From an uncultured Alistipes sp. (GTDB taxonomy: Bacteria; Bacteroidota; Bacteroidia; Bacteroidales; Rikenellaceae), in contig CABUJP010000001.1 in the NCBI GenBank assembly GCA_902491835.1, positions 1 through 61,860 on the forward strand: 61,860 nt of DNA, written 5' to 3'. Under the pieces are notes generated by a model. It saw nothing but the letters and a program-made list of their open reading frames with translations. It searched no databases and was not told where the DNA came from. Positions 51,320-61,860 of this stretch are shown here, in pieces; position 1 is the first letter of the stretch, and each line of letters starts with the position of its first letter. Position numbers and translations under genes: made by a program.

Positions 51320-52138
51320 TTATTGCATCCGGAAATTATAGGTGATCGTACCGGTCTGCGACAACGGTGCGCTTTCGTCCACATTGAACCGCGCGCCCCT
51401 CGCGGCTCTCAGCGCCGCGTTGACGAGTACGCTGTTTTGCGTCGTAGATCCCTTGGCCCGGTAGGCGGCCGAGGTAACCCGCCCCTGCTGATCGACGACG
51501 ATCTCGATCACGACGCGTCCCTGATCCTTCGCACGGTAGTCGGGGCTCGGCAGGCCGCCGACCAGCGAACGGCCCGAAAGGCTGGCCGAATTGCCGTCCG
51601 TTCCCGTTCCGGTCCCCTCGTGACTGCCTTCCGGCGTTCCGGCAGGATCGCCCTGATTACCCTTCCCGGTCCCGGTACCCTCGCTGCGCGAAGAGCTGCC
51701 CTCGGTCCGACCGGGGAAAAGCGCCTTGCGATTCACCTCGCGCGGCTTCTCGGCCGGCTGCTGAGGCTTCGGCTGGGGCTTGGCCTGCACCTGCTCCTTT
51801 TTCGGCTTCTTCTCCGGCTTCTTTTCCTCTTTCACCACGGGCACGTCCTCGTCGGTCTGCTGCGTCATCTGCTCCTGCTCGTCGGGCTGGGCCTCCGAGG
51901 GTGCCTGCGTCTGCTGCGGAGCGTCGGCCGCCTCGTCGTTCATCGCCAAATCCTCGCCGGGCGCGGCCTCGGCCACATTGCCGAAATTGATCATCAGCCC
52001 TTCGCCCGTATCGGGTGGCTCGGCGAGCGTGAAGCGAACGAGCAACAGCAGGAGCAGCACCAGCGCCGCATAGGCGAACGTCGCCGCTGCGCCGATGACA
52101 CGCTGCTGCGTGCGGTCCTCTTGCTGAAAGTCGATCAT
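51320..52138 (-). CDS. TonB-family energy transducer
   Basis: N-terminal TM helix, Pro/Lys/Glu-rich linker, C-terminal GRVVIEIVVDQQGRV..GTITYNF domain; follows exbB-exbD. Start ATG 52138. Confidence 0.85.
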   Translation of the reverse strand: MIDFQQEDRTQQRVIGAAATFAYAALVLLLLLLVRFTLAEPPDTGEGLMINFGNVAEAAPGEDLAMNDEAADAPQQTQAPSEAQPDEQEQMTQQTDEDVPVVKEEKKPEKKPKKEQVQAKPQPKPQQPAEKPREVNRKALFPGRTEGSSSRSEGTGTGKGNQGDPAGTPEGSHEGTGTGTDGNSASLSGRSLVGGLPSPDYRAKDQGRVVIEIVVDQQGRVTSAAYRAKGSTTQNSVLVNAALRAARGARFNVDESAPLSQTGTITYNFRMQ

Positions 52139-52145
52139 ATGCCTT

Positions 52146-52538
52146 CTATTCGGGCCTCGTGGCCGCAAATATCTTGTACTTGTTCCGCATGGCGATGTTC
52201 ATCACCTTGATGACCTCTCCGAACGGGACCGTCTCGTCGGTATGCAGCGAGATGACCGGGTCTTCCTGCCCCTGCAAACGCGCCTGCAGGGCCGCCTCCA
52301 GTTTGTCGAAAGCGATCGGCTCGGTCTCCAGATAATAGGTCAGGTCGGCCGTAATGGAGACGGAAGTCGCAGCCTTGTCCTTGATCTGGTTCGAGCTCTT
52401 GGGCAAGGTCAGCTTCACCGCATTGGGATTGATCAGCGTGGTCGAGAGCATCATGAAGAGCAGCAGCAGGAAGATCAGGTCCGTCATCGACGAAGCGCTG
52501 AATCCGACTTCTACCTTAGACCCTCTTTTGATAGCCAT
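52146..52538 (-). CDS. exbD: Biopolymer transport protein ExbD/TolR
   Basis: SMTDLIFLLLLFMM TM motif; LHTDETVPFGEVIKVM. Confidence 0.9.
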   Translation of the reverse strand: MAIKRGSKVEVGFSASSMTDLIFLLLLFMMLSTTLINPNAVKLTLPKSSNQIKDKAATSVSITADLTYYLETEPIAFDKLEAALQARLQGQEDPVISLHTDETVPFGEVIKVMNIAMRNKYKIFAATRPE

Positions 52539-52572
52539 AGTTTTGCATTTTTATCCGTTATCAATCAGGCGG

Positions 52573-53256
52573 CTACTGCTCGATGGGCTGGTTCAGAATA
52601 TCCATGAAAGCGATCGAGTTGGCCTCCATTTGGAACACGAGTTTCTCGATGCGCGCCACGAGGTAGTTGTAGCCGAAATAGGCCGGTACGCCGACTACCA
52701 GACCGCCGACGGTCGTCACCATCGCGACGTACATGCCGCTCGCCAGCACCGTCATGTCGACCGTTCCGCCCGCCTGCGACATATTCATAAACGCCTGCAC
52801 CATGCCGACCACCGTACCCAGAAATCCGATCATCGGCGCGCCGCCGGCGATCGTCGCCAGAATCGGAAGTCCCGTCTCGAGCTTCGACACCTCGAGGTTG
52901 GCGACGTTTTCGATCGAACTCTGCACGTCGCTGAGCGGGCGACCGATTCGGCCGATTCCCTTCTCGATCATGTGGGCGATCGGCGTGTTGGTCTGGCGGC
53001 AGAGCTGCACGGCGGCTCCGATCCGTCCCTCACAGATATGTTCCCGAATCCGGTTCATGAAGTTCATATCGACGGCCGAAGCCTTGCGGATCGCCCAAAA
53101 GCGCTCGAAAAAGATGAAAACGGCCACGCCGCCCAGAATCAGCAGAGGCCACATCAGAAATCCGCCGGCCAAAAAGAGTTCGCCCAGCCCCATCGTCTTC
53201 GGAGCCTGCTCGGCGGCCACCGCCACCGCTTCGGTTGCTTGCAACAGGATCATCAT
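52573..53256 (-). CDS. exbB: MotA/TolQ/ExbB proton channel protein
   Basis: LATIAGGAPMIGFLGTVVGMV..AMVTTVGGLVVG. Confidence 0.9.
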   Translation of the reverse strand: MMILLQATEAVAVAAEQAPKTMGLGELFLAGGFLMWPLLILGGVAVFIFFERFWAIRKASAVDMNFMNRIREHICEGRIGAAVQLCRQTNTPIAHMIEKGIGRIGRPLSDVQSSIENVANLEVSKLETGLPILATIAGGAPMIGFLGTVVGMVQAFMNMSQAGGTVDMTVLASGMYVAMVTTVGGLVVGVPAYFGYNYLVARIEKLVFQMEANSIAFMDILNQPIEQ

Positions 53257-53394
53257 ATCTTCAATAAAGAGTTTTTTAGTTTTCCGGTCATTCCCCTCGC
53301 GGGCCCGACAGCGCCCGCGTACCGCCGCTGCCGAGTTACAAAAATACGCTTTTTCATCGAAATCGCATCGCAGGCCGGCGATTTGCGGAGATTT

Positions 53395-56300
53395 TTATTT
53401 CCCGTCCGTCGCCGCCTCCAGACTATCGGCCGCAGCCTGCCGCTCGGCCTGCCGCAACTCGCGCGATAGACGCCGGCGCTGCCGGCGGTCCTTGATGGTC
53501 CGGATCAGATCGCCGAAATTGTCGAAGCTCTGCCGGTAAGAGATTCCCAGACCGCTCTCCTGCAGGCCCTGATTCTCGTCGAACCGGTCGATCGTCCTCG
53601 TGAAAGCCTTGACTTTCAGATTGCCGGCCTCGTCGAGCAGCAGGCTGAGCGTCACGTCGCCAGTCAGGCTGTTGGCCGTCCGGTTGTTCATCGGCATGCC
53701 GTTGCCCGTATCGTAGCTGACGTCGCCCTCGACGATCAGCCGGTCCTTGATCAGCTCGCCGTAGAACTCCGTGCCGAACTCGTCGGACGTCTCCTCGCTC
53801 TTGGGCCGGAACTTCGGCGCCAGCCGGAAACGGTCCGTCGAGAGCAGATTGCTCAGCTGGGTCGACAGGAACTCGATGCCCGTCACGGTCGCGCCCATCG
53901 CGCCGATATTGAGGTTTTGGCTCGTACCCGAATTGTCGGCATAGAAGCTCTGCGTGGCGAGCAGCCAAAGGAACTGGGTCGACATCATCTCCTGCGTGTT
54001 CATCGCGTTCCGCACGAGCGATTGGGTTTCGGGATCGGTGTTCGGCACGCTGACGTCAAACGTCAGCGTAGGCTGCGTGAGCCGGTCCGACAGCCGGATG
54101 ATACACTCCACGGGCACGTTGCGCCGCAGGTTCTGCCCTCCTCCGCTCCCGCTGAGCAGCGGAGCCAGCGATGCCTTCAGCTTGTACACGGCCGTGATGT
54201 TCACCAGCGCGTCGGCCGGATCGCCCGTCCACTGAATGTTGCTTCCCGCCTGAATCAGAAAGTTGCGCGTAGCGAAATTCTGAAGCGAGAAGCGATAGCT
54301 CCCTTCCGTGATATCGTAGTCGCCATAGATGGTGAACTCCTTGTCCACCGGATTGACATGCAGGTTCAGTGTTCCGTTGCCACGCCCGCGCAGCACGTTG
54401 TCGCCGGCCTGGTCGAGCGTCAGCTGCATTTCGGCGTTCGGACGAATGTCGAGCGCCATCTTGATGTCCATATCCGACCGGAAACTCTCGCGGCCCATCC
54501 GGCGCGAAAGGAACTGCCTCCGGCGCGAAACGCTCCGAAGGCTATCGTCGGCAGCCCGTTTGGCCGGATCCTCGAAAACGATGAAGTCGGCAGCCGAGAT
54601 ATCGGACCCGCCGTTGCCCAGCGGCAGGAAAAAGCGGGTATTCTCGGCCGAGGTCGCGACGATATCCATGCTCACGCCGTTCTTGTTCCCGCGGATCGTC
54701 GCGCTGCCGGTGGCATAGACGCTTCCGTAGAACAGCTCGTTCTGCTGAGGAGTCGTGTTCAGCACAAGCGTACGGTCGGGCCGCACATGCACCTCGTAGC
54801 TCAGGTTGCGCGGATTGGCGAAGCTGAAGCTCATGTCGAACCCGGCCCGGCCGCCCGACGGCCCGTACAGTTCGGTAGGCCGCAGCGTCATCGTGTTCCG
54901 GCGGACGTCGATCACGGCGTCCGACATCGTATAGGGGACATTCGTGTAATCGACCGTCGAGCGGAACGTCCCGACGCCGATCGTCCCGTCGAGGGTCAGC
55001 TTCCCGCCGGGATTGGTCAGCCGCAGCGAAGCGTCGGCCATGCCCTGCGTTTCGCGCAGCACGCCCTCAAGCACCGGATCGAGCAGCGAGAGATCGATTC
55101 TGCGCAGATGTACGTCGGCCTCCAGACGCTTGTCGGCAGGCGCGTAGAATCCCTCGAAGATCGAGCTGTCGGCCGCGCGGTCGATCAGCCTGAAAAGCGC
55201 CCGGCGAGATTGCAAGTCCCACCGGCTCTCGAAGCGGCTGTCGGCTAACGGGACCCCGTTGACGCGCACGCTGTCGAAATCGATGCCGGCGCGGAGCACT
55301 CCGCCCCCATAGGCCGATACCAGCTCGGCCGAGCCGTTGGTCACGCCCTCGAAAGCGTAGCCCTGACGCTCCGCGAAGCGGGAGAAGGGCTTCAGGTCGA
55401 ACCGGTGCAGCTGCAAGCGCAGCGTATCCTGATCGCTGCGCGAGGCCACGCCGTCGACGGACAGCCGTTGCTGCCCGCTGGAGATGCTGAACCGGTCGAC
55501 GTCGACCCGCGTGGAGTCGAAAACGATCTGCCGGGCCCAGATCCTCCATGTCCGTCCGTTGGTCGTGAAAGACGAGGGATTGAAGCGGACGCGCACCTGA
55601 GGAACGCCGCTTTGCGGGTCCCGGCCGAGCGTAGAGGTCGTGCTGAGCAGGGCGTAGGTCCCGTTGTCGGAGTTGTTGAACCGCGCGGCCAGGTTGATCC
55701 GGTTCTCCTTGGCCCCGCCGATCACCGAAAAATCGGGCATGTACATTCCCTTGGCGAACAGGTCGGCGGCTGTCACGAAAAGAGAGATCGAGTCGCCCTG
55801 ATTGCGGCAGGAGGCCTTGAGGTCGGATACGAAAAACCGCTCGTTCTCGATCAGCTCCGAGTCGAGCGTCAGCGAGAAGACATCGCTCTCGGGATTGAAC
55901 AGGAAAACCAGTTTGGTTCCCTGAGCGAGCTTGAGCCCCGGAAAGAAAATGCCCGCCACGTTGTTCGCGCGCTTCACGTTCACGTCGAGCAGATAGTAGC
56001 TGTCGATACGCGAGGCGCCGGCTACGGAGGAGACCGAGTCCTCGGCCGTCCGGGGCCGCTCCGAAAGCGAAGGCAGATAGGAGCGCAACGTGTTGCTGAA
56101 ATACGAGAACATGTTCTCGTAGCTGAGCTTGCCCCGCAGCTCGGCGTCGGCGAAAGGCGAGTACAGCCCGATCAGCTTGCGGTCGCTGCCGTTCTCGGCC
56201 AGCAAGCGGATACGGCCCGTCCGGACCGTGTCGAGCTGGTTGACGTAGGTCATGTCGAAAATCTCGGCTTCTCCGTTGATGTTGTCGAGCGAAGTGCCCG

Positions 56301-57957
56301 ACGCCTGCGCATGCAGTCCGCAACGCACCCTCGACACCGTGTCGCGCCGGTTGAAATGCAGCTCGTGCAGATCGGCGTTGACCAGATTCAGGTCGAAATG
56401 ATAGACGGGCTGCTCGCCGTTGAAATCGAGGTCGCCGTCGAAGTCGAACGTCATGTTCGGGTCGTCCGTCGCGATTTTCCCGGTAAACCGCCGGTTCTCG
56501 AAACGGCCGTCCAGCGAAATGTCCCGATAGGCGTAATCGTTGAACTCGAGCTTCGGAACCCGGGCGCGGGCATTCATCCGAAAACTCTGTCCGAATTGCC
56601 CGCTCACGTCGGCCGAGAGCGAGACCCGGCCCAGCTTGGAAGCCTCGAGCAGCCGTCCGACGCCGAAGTCGGTCGTATTCAGCCGACCTTGGAAACCGGT
56701 CGCGCCGCCCTCGACCGGACGGATGTCGAAATCGACCGAGGCTTCGCCCGCGTCGGTCCGCAGGCGGCCGTCGGCCCGGAAATCGCTGAACAGCCCGTCG
56801 AAATGGCCCGAAAAGGCGATCCGTCCCATCCGCTCGACGAGCGGCAGGCTTTTCCCCAGCGAGCGTCCCGCTATGTCCTGCACGAAGTACTCGATGTCGG
56901 CCGCATCGGTATGTAGCGACGAGACGTCGAACGAAAAGCGCGTCTCGGCCACCTCGGGCAATCCGTCGATTCCGAAACGAAGGCTCAGCGTCGTGCCGCG
57001 CGCGGTTGCTCGGCCGATACGGCCTTTCATCGCGGATACCGGTCCGTCGACGGAGCCCGAAGCATCGCGCAGCACCGTCCGCCAACGCCGCAGCCCCTGA
57101 GCGAAATAGGCGATGGTGCGGAAACTGACCGTCGAGCGGCTGAATTCGGAACGTATGCGGACGTCGTTCAGGAAGTCCTTATACCCTTTCCACGTATCGT
57201 AGTCGAAATAGAGATAGGCCATCCGCACGTCCGACTCGTCGGTGGTCAGTCGCAGATCGTCGAAACGCATGCCCGTTCCCGAAATGCTGAACACCGGAGT
57301 CGAAAGGTTACGGATATGCAGCCCGCAACGCTCGCGCAACGTCAGCGAGTCGATCGCCAGAGCGACGCTGTCCCCCTCGACCGAGACGTCGCGGACCCTC
57401 AGGCTGAAGCGACGCACGTCCAGATCCGTAAAGTTGACGCCGTACTCGCGGGGTTTCACATCGAACTTGCGATGCCGGAAATCCATGTCGCGGATCGTTA
57501 CGCCGGCGGCATGAAGCCGAAACTTCCTTTTCTTTTCCCGTTTCTCCTTACGCTTGATTCTCTGTAATATCTGTCTCAGATTGCTCGTCCGGGTGCTGTC
57601 CTGCATCAGATCGAAACGGACGCCCTCGAGATCCACATGGCCGAGCGTCACGGCTCCGGTAAAGACGTTCAGGCCCTGCAAAGGCACAACGATTCGCCGC
57701 GCGTACAACAACGTGTCGCCGTGATAGTCCCGCACATAGAAGCCGTCGAGCGCCACCCGGCTGAAAAGCTTCAGTTGCAGCCGGTCGACCGATACGACCG
57801 TCTGCAGCTTGTCGCTCAGGAAACCGACGGCGGCGCGGCGGGCGAAATCCTGCACCAAGGGCAAATAGAGCAGCAGCGACAGCGCCACAGGCAGAACGAT
57901 CAGCGTAAGAATCGCCGCCGAGATGAAAGATCGTATTATTTTTATAACTTTGCCCAT
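53395..57957 (-). CDS. tamB: Translocation/assembly module TamB domain protein
   Basis: N-terminal TM anchor, long beta-rich body, C-terminal IYGDYDITEGSY..IQWTGDP..AVYK and GLGISYRQSFD. Start set at ATG 57957 (track start 57978). Confidence 0.85.
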   Translation of the reverse strand: MGKVIKIIRSFISAAILTLIVLPVALSLLLYLPLVQDFARRAAVGFLSDKLQTVVSVDRLQLKLFSRVALDGFYVRDYHGDTLLYARRIVVPLQGLNVFTGAVTLGHVDLEGVRFDLMQDSTRTSNLRQILQRIKRKEKREKKRKFRLHAAGVTIRDMDFRHRKFDVKPREYGVNFTDLDVRRFSLRVRDVSVEGDSVALAIDSLTLRERCGLHIRNLSTPVFSISGTGMRFDDLRLTTDESDVRMAYLYFDYDTWKGYKDFLNDVRIRSEFSRSTVSFRTIAYFAQGLRRWRTVLRDASGSVDGPVSAMKGRIGRATARGTTLSLRFGIDGLPEVAETRFSFDVSSLHTDAADIEYFVQDIAGRSLGKSLPLVERMGRIAFSGHFDGLFSDFRADGRLRTDAGEASVDFDIRPVEGGATGFQGRLNTTDFGVGRLLEASKLGRVSLSADVSGQFGQSFRMNARARVPKLEFNDYAYRDISLDGRFENRRFTGKIATDDPNMTFDFDGDLDFNGEQPVYHFDLNLVNADLHELHFNRRDTVSRVRCGLHAQASGTSLDNINGEAEIFDMTYVNQLDTVRTGRIRLLAENGSDRKLIGLYSPFADAELRGKLSYENMFSYFSNTLRSYLPSLSERPRTAEDSVSSVAGASRIDSYYLLDVNVKRANNVAGIFFPGLKLAQGTKLVFLFNPESDVFSLTLDSELIENERFFVSDLKASCRNQGDSISLFVTAADLFAKGMYMPDFSVIGGAKENRINLAARFNNSDNGTYALLSTTSTLGRDPQSGVPQVRVRFNPSSFTTNGRTWRIWARQIVFDSTRVDVDRFSISSGQQRLSVDGVASRSDQDTLRLQLHRFDLKPFSRFAERQGYAFEGVTNGSAELVSAYGGGVLRAGIDFDSVRVNGVPLADSRFESRWDLQSRRALFRLIDRAADSSIFEGFYAPADKRLEADVHLRRIDLSLLDPVLEGVLRETQGMADASLRLTNPGGKLTLDGTIGVGTFRSTVDYTNVPYTMSDAVIDVRRNTMTLRPTELYGPSGGRAGFDMSFSFANPRNLSYEVHVRPDRTLVLNTTPQQNELFYGSVYATGSATIRGNKNGVSMDIVATSAENTRFFLPLGNGGSDISAADFIVFEDPAKRAADDSLRSVSRRRQFLSRRMGRESFRSDMDIKMALDIRPNAEMQLTLDQAGDNVLRGRGNGTLNLHVNPVDKEFTIYGDYDITEGSYRFSLQNFATRNFLIQAGSNIQWTGDPADALVNITAVYKLKASLAPLLSGSGGGQNLRRNVPVECIIRLSDRLTQPTLTFDVSVPNTDPETQSLVRNAMNTQEMMSTQFLWLLATQSFYADNSGTSQNLNIGAMGATVTGIEFLSTQLSNLLSTDRFRLAPKFRPKSEETSDEFGTEFYGELIKDRLIVEGDVSYDTGNGMPMNNRTANSLTGDVTLSLLLDEAGNLKVKAFTRTIDRFDENQGLQESGLGISYRQSFDNFGDLIRTIKDRRQRRRLSRELRQAERQAAADSLEAATDGK

Positions 57958-58031
57958 CGATCGCGCCTTCCGAGGCATAAGACCCGCAACGCTTCCGGGA
58001 CGGAGTTCCAGAAGCGGCCGCGCCGCCGCCG

Positions 58032-58063
58032 CGAAGGTACAAGTTTAGTAAAAATCGGACAAA
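58032..58063 (-). promoter_or_regulatory. tamB promoter candidate
   Basis: Minus strand TTTG (58063-58060), 20 nt, TACCTTCG (58039-58032). Confidence 0.55.
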
Positions 58064-58076
58064 TAATAAAGCCGAA

Positions 58077-59099
58077 ATGGACATAACGATCTTGGGAATC
58101 GAATCCTCCTGCGACGATACGTCGGCCGCCGTGATCCGGGACAGACGGCTGCTGTCGAACGTCATTGCCAGTCAGGAAGTTCACCGGCAGTACGGAGGCG
58201 TAATCCCCGAGCTGGCCTCGCGCGCGCACCAGCAGAATATCATTCCGGTCGTCGACCGGGCGGTCCGCGAGGCGGGCATCGGCATGTCCGACCTGGACGG
58301 CATCGCCTTCACGCGCGGTCCCGGCCTGCTCGGCTCGCTGCTCGTAGGCGTCTCGTTCGCCAAGGGACTGGCCCTGTCGCTCGACGTGCCGATGATGGAG
58401 ATCAACCACCTGCAGGGACATATCTGCTCGCACTTCATCGACCTGCCCGACCGCGACCTGCCGCATCCCCGGTTCCCGTTCCTGTGCCTGCTCGTGTCGG
58501 GCGGCCACTCCCAGATCGTGCTCGTCAAGGACTACCTCGACATGGAGATCGTCGGCACGACGATCGACGACGCGGCCGGCGAGGCATTCGACAAGTGCGC
58601 CAAGATCATGGGCCTTCCCTACCCCGGCGGCCCGGTGATCGACCGGCTGGCCAAGGAGGGCGATCCGAAGCGGTTCAAATTCGCCAAGCCGTCGGTCGAC
58701 GGATTCAACTACAGCTTCAGCGGACTGAAAACGTCGTTTCTCTACTTCCTGCGCGACCGGATGCACGAGGACCCGCGCTTCATCGACGCCAATAAGGCGG
58801 ACTTGTGCGCCTCGCTGCAAGCGACGATCATCGACATCCTGCTCGCCAAGCTCGTCAGGGCTGCCAAGCAGTACGATATCCGCGACATAGCGATAGCCGG
58901 AGGCGTTTCGGCCAACTCGGGACTGCGCGACGCGATCGCGGAAGAAGGCCGCAAGCGGGGCTGGCGCACGTTCCTGCCCGAGTTCCGGTTCACGACCGAC
59001 AATGCGGCGATGATCGCCGTAACCGGCTATTTCAAGTATCAGCGAGGCGAATTCGCTCCGATGGACATCTCGCCCGTCGCCCGCATCAGCCGGATGTAG
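58077..59099 (+). CDS. tsaD: tRNA N6-adenosine threonylcarbamoyltransferase TsaD
   Basis: ILGIESSCDDTSAA, GGVIPELASRAH, NHLQGH, VSGGHS, DDAAGEAFDK, FSGLKT, GGVSANS, DNAAMIA. Confidence 0.97.
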   Translation: MDITILGIESSCDDTSAAVIRDRRLLSNVIASQEVHRQYGGVIPELASRAHQQNIIPVVDRAVREAGIGMSDLDGIAFTRGPGLLGSLLVGVSFAKGLALSLDVPMMEINHLQGHICSHFIDLPDRDLPHPRFPFLCLLVSGGHSQIVLVKDYLDMEIVGTTIDDAAGEAFDKCAKIMGLPYPGGPVIDRLAKEGDPKRFKFAKPSVDGFNYSFSGLKTSFLYFLRDRMHEDPRFIDANKADLCASLQATIIDILLAKLVRAAKQYDIRDIAIAGGVSANSGLRDAIAEEGRKRGWRTFLPEFRFTTDNAAMIAVTGYFKYQRGEFAPMDISPVARISRM

Positions 59100-59249
59100 C
59101 GTCCTTCGCTTTCTCCCGAAGACCGCTTCCGGGCTGAAACGGGAATCGGAATTCATCTTTCTTCGACGAACAAGAGCCGAACGCGGTATTTCTGTCCGCT
59201 CATGCCGCATATCGCGTACCGCGACACCGATCCTTCCCGCAAAATCAAG

Positions 59250-59600
59250 GCAAATCCTCGGCCATCCGGCTTAAGCCCGACGAGAGAATACGGTATCCGG
59301 GTATAAGCCCCTAACGATTCTGCCGGGAAATTCTCCCGAACCTTGCCTGCCGAAGCCCGCCAGATTCAAACCCTAAGGAAGAACTCGACATCAGACATAA
59401 GCCCCAACCGGGAATCCCCACAACCTTGCCCGATGAAGCCTCGTCCGATCCGAACCCTGAAAAAACTCGGCATCAGACATAAGCTCCAACGGTCCCGCCG
59501 GGAAATTCTCCCGCCCCCTGTCAAAGGAACGAGACCGATCCTCGGCGTCCGGTTCAAGCCTTTGAAGAGGTACGATATCCGCAACACAAGCCGCAGCCGG
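59250..59600. repeat. Degenerate intergenic tandem repeat array, unit ~80-95 bp
   Basis: aactcg(a/g)catcagacataagc(c/t)ccaac at 59382 and 59464; gccgggaaattctcccg at 59322 and 59497. Boundaries are approximate. Confidence 0.7.
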
Positions 59601-59749
59601 CCCCACGCAGGAAAACCGCCGGTCTCTTATCAGCCCCTTGCGAACGAACGGCGAGACAGTCTCTCGCCGAAACGGAAAAAATTCCGCCGGCTTTCTGACA
59701 AAAGCCGGCGGAACGATCGTAACGGGAGGAGATTTCTCCGAGCATGAGC

Positions 59750-61860
59750 CTACTTGCGCTTCACTTCGACCTGCTCGTAGCCCTCGATAATGTCGCCCAC
59801 GCGGACGTCGTTGTAATTCTCGATGTTCAGACCGCATTCCAGACCGGTCGTCACCTCCTTCACGTCGTCCTTGAAACGCTTGAGCGAGCCGAGCTTGCCC
59901 GTATAGACGACGATACCGTCGCGGATCACGCGGATGTTCGTATTGCGCGTGATCTTGCCTTCGCGGACCAGACAGCCGGCCACCGTGCCGACCTTCGTGA
60001 TCTTGAACGTTTCCATGACCTCGACCGAGCAGACGATCTCCTCTTTCATCACCGGCGCGAGCATGCCCTCGATAGCATCCTTGATGTCGTTGATCGCGTC
60101 GTAAATGATCGAATAGAGGCGAATCTCGATCTCCTCCTTCTCGGCCAGCTTGCGGGCGGCTGCCGACGGACGGACCTGGAATCCGACGATCACCGCATTG
60201 CTGGCAGCTGCCAGCAGCACGTCCGACTCGGAGATCGGGCCGACGGCTTTGTGAATCACGTTGACCTGAACCTCGTCCTTCGACAGCTTGATCAGCGAGT
60301 CGGCCATCGCCTCGATCGAGCCGTCCACGTCGCCCTTGATAATGATGTTCAGCTCCTTGAAGTTACCGATCGCGATACGCCGGCCGATTTCGTCGAGCGT
60401 AATATGCTTCTGCGTACGCAACCCTTGCATGCGCTGGAGCTGCTCGCGCTTGTTAGCGATATCGCGGGCCGAGCGCTCGTCGTCCATGACATTGAACGTG
60501 TCGCCGGCCTGCGGTGCGCCGTTCAGGCCCAACACCAGCACGGGCGTCGAAGGCGGGGCCTCCGTCACGCGCGTGCCCCGCTCGTTGAACATCGCCTTGA
60601 CCTTGCCCGTATAGACGCCCGAAAGCATCACGTCGCCGACGCGCAGCGTACCGTTCTGCACGAGCACCGTAGCCACGTAGCCGCGCCCCTTGTCGAGCGT
60701 CGACTCGATAACGACGCCCTGCGCCTTCCGGTTCGGATTGGCCTTCAGGTCGAGGAACTCGGCCTCGAGCAGCACCTTGTCAAGCAGCTTGTCGAGATTG
60801 ATACCCTTCTTGGCCGAAATCTCCTGCGACTGGTACTTGCCGCCCCAGTCCTCGACCAAATAGTTCATCGCGGAAAGCTCCTCCTTGATTTTTTCGGGAT
60901 TGGCCCCCGGCTTGTCGATCTTGTTGATAGCGAATACCATCGGCACGCCGGCGGCGGTGGCATGGTTGATCGCCTCGACGGTCTGCGGCATCACATTGTC
61001 GTCGGCCGCAACGATGATGATCGCCACGTCGGTCACTTTCGCTCCGCGAGCGCGCATGGCCGTGAAAGCCTCGTGGCCCGGCGTATCGAGGAATGTGATA
61101 CGCCGCCCGTCGTCGAGCTTCACGCTGTAAGCGCCGATATGCTGCGTGATTCCGCCGGCCTCTCCGGCGATCACGTTGGCGTTGCGTATATTGTCGAGCA
61201 GCGAGGTCTTGCCATGGTCGACGTGTCCCATCACGGCCACCACCGGAGGACGCGGCACGAGGTCCTCCTCGCTGTCCTCCTCGGTGTCGATCGCCTCCTG
61301 TATCTCGACGGCCACGAACTCGACCTTGAACCCGAACTCCTCGGCCACGACGACCAGTGCCTCGGCGTCGAGCCGCTGGTTGATCGACACCATCAGTCCG
61401 AGATTCATGCAGGCCGTTATGACGTCGGTCACCGACACGTCCATCATCGTCGCCAACTCGCTGACCGTAACGAATTCGGTCACTTTCAGCACGTTCTTCT
61501 CCTGCTCCTGACGCTCCATCTCCTCGCTCAGGCGGGCCGACACGGCCTCGCGCTTGTCGCGGCGATGCTTGGCCGTCTTGAACTTCGAGCCTTTCGACGT
61601 CAGCCGGGCCAGCGTGTCCTTGATCTGCTTCTGTACCTCTTCGTCGCTGATCTCCGTCTTGACGACCGGTTTCACGGACTTGCCCTTTTTCCTGTCGCGC
61701 AGCCCGGATTTCGGACCGTGCTGGGAGCCGCCCTGCGACGAATACGGACCGCCTCCCGGAGGCTTCGGACGACCGTCGGGACGGGCCGGAGCCGTCTGAT
61801 TCTGCTTCTGGGTTATGTCGACCTTGTCCTTGGTGATGCGCTTGCGCTTCTCGCGCCGGC
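59750..61860 (-). CDS. infB: Translation initiation factor IF-2; 5' end lies beyond the window
   Basis: [44 protein letters not shown]. The frame stays open from the track start (61675) to the window edge. Confidence 0.97.
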   Translation of the reverse strand, partial: RREKRKRITKDKVDITQKQNQTAPARPDGRPKPPGGGPYSSQGGSQHGPKSGLRDRKKGKSVKPVVKTEISDEEVQKQIKDTLARLTSKGSKFKTAKHRRDKREAVSARLSEEMERQEQEKNVLKVTEFVTVSELATMMDVSVTDVITACMNLGLMVSINQRLDAEALVVVAEEFGFKVEFVAVEIQEAIDTEEDSEEDLVPRPPVVAVMGHVDHGKTSLLDNIRNANVIAGEAGGITQHIGAYSVKLDDGRRITFLDTPGHEAFTAMRARGAKVTDVAIIIVAADDNVMPQTVEAINHATAAGVPMVFAINKIDKPGANPEKIKEELSAMNYLVEDWGGKYQSQEISAKKGINLDKLLDKVLLEAEFLDLKANPNRKAQGVVIESTLDKGRGYVATVLVQNGTLRVGDVMLSGVYTGKVKAMFNERGTRVTEAPPSTPVLVLGLNGAPQAGDTFNVMDDERSARDIANKREQLQRMQGLRTQKHITLDEIGRRIAIGNFKELNIIIKGDVDGSIEAMADSLIKLSKDEVQVNVIHKAVGPISESDVLLAAASNAVIVGFQVRPSAAARKLAEKEEIEIRLYSIIYDAINDIKDAIEGMLAPVMKEEIVCSVEVMETFKITKVGTVAGCLVREGKITRNTNIRVIRDGIVVYTGKLGSLKRFKDDVKEVTTGLECGLNIENYNDVRVGDIIEGYEQVEVKRK

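Noticed and set aside
59250..59600. Possible CRISPR array
   Set aside because: Repeats are degenerate, the intervening sequences are homologous to each other and irregular in length, and there are no cas genes.

Overview
GC-rich chromosomal window from a Bacteroidota bacterium, most likely Alistipes or another Rikenellaceae. This is inferred from TTTG-N19-21-TAnnTTTG promoters, the absence of obvious Shine-Dalgarno motifs and the gene content. It is mostly housekeeping: an fsr-like MFS transporter (partial), acyl-CoA synthetase, queG, tRNA/rRNA modification enzymes, two FKBP lipoproteins, a PiT phosphate transporter, ruvA, ompH, coaE-folP-lolD, carAB, a GH36 alpha-galactosidase, the complete hisGDCBHAF(IE) operon with a His-rich leader attenuator, rpiB, MATE, meaB, an amidohydrolase, exbB-exbD-tonB, tamB, tsaD and infB (partial). 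I saw no integrase, transposase, CRISPR array, tRNA or rRNA. The most interesting signals are non-coding: (i) an AT-rich, five-stem nested RNA-like structure with an alternative terminator-like pairing (29914-30060) upstream of an uncharacterised lipoprotein; (ii) two diverged, inverted copies of a ~181-bp element with conserved pairing potential (44828-45008 and 49173-49353) that bracket meaB and an uncharacterised secreted glycosidase-like gene; (iii) a two-state hairpin leader before carAB; (iv) several probably leaderless genes; and (v) several degenerate intergenic tandem repeats. All protein calls come from motif recognition by eye; no database search was run.
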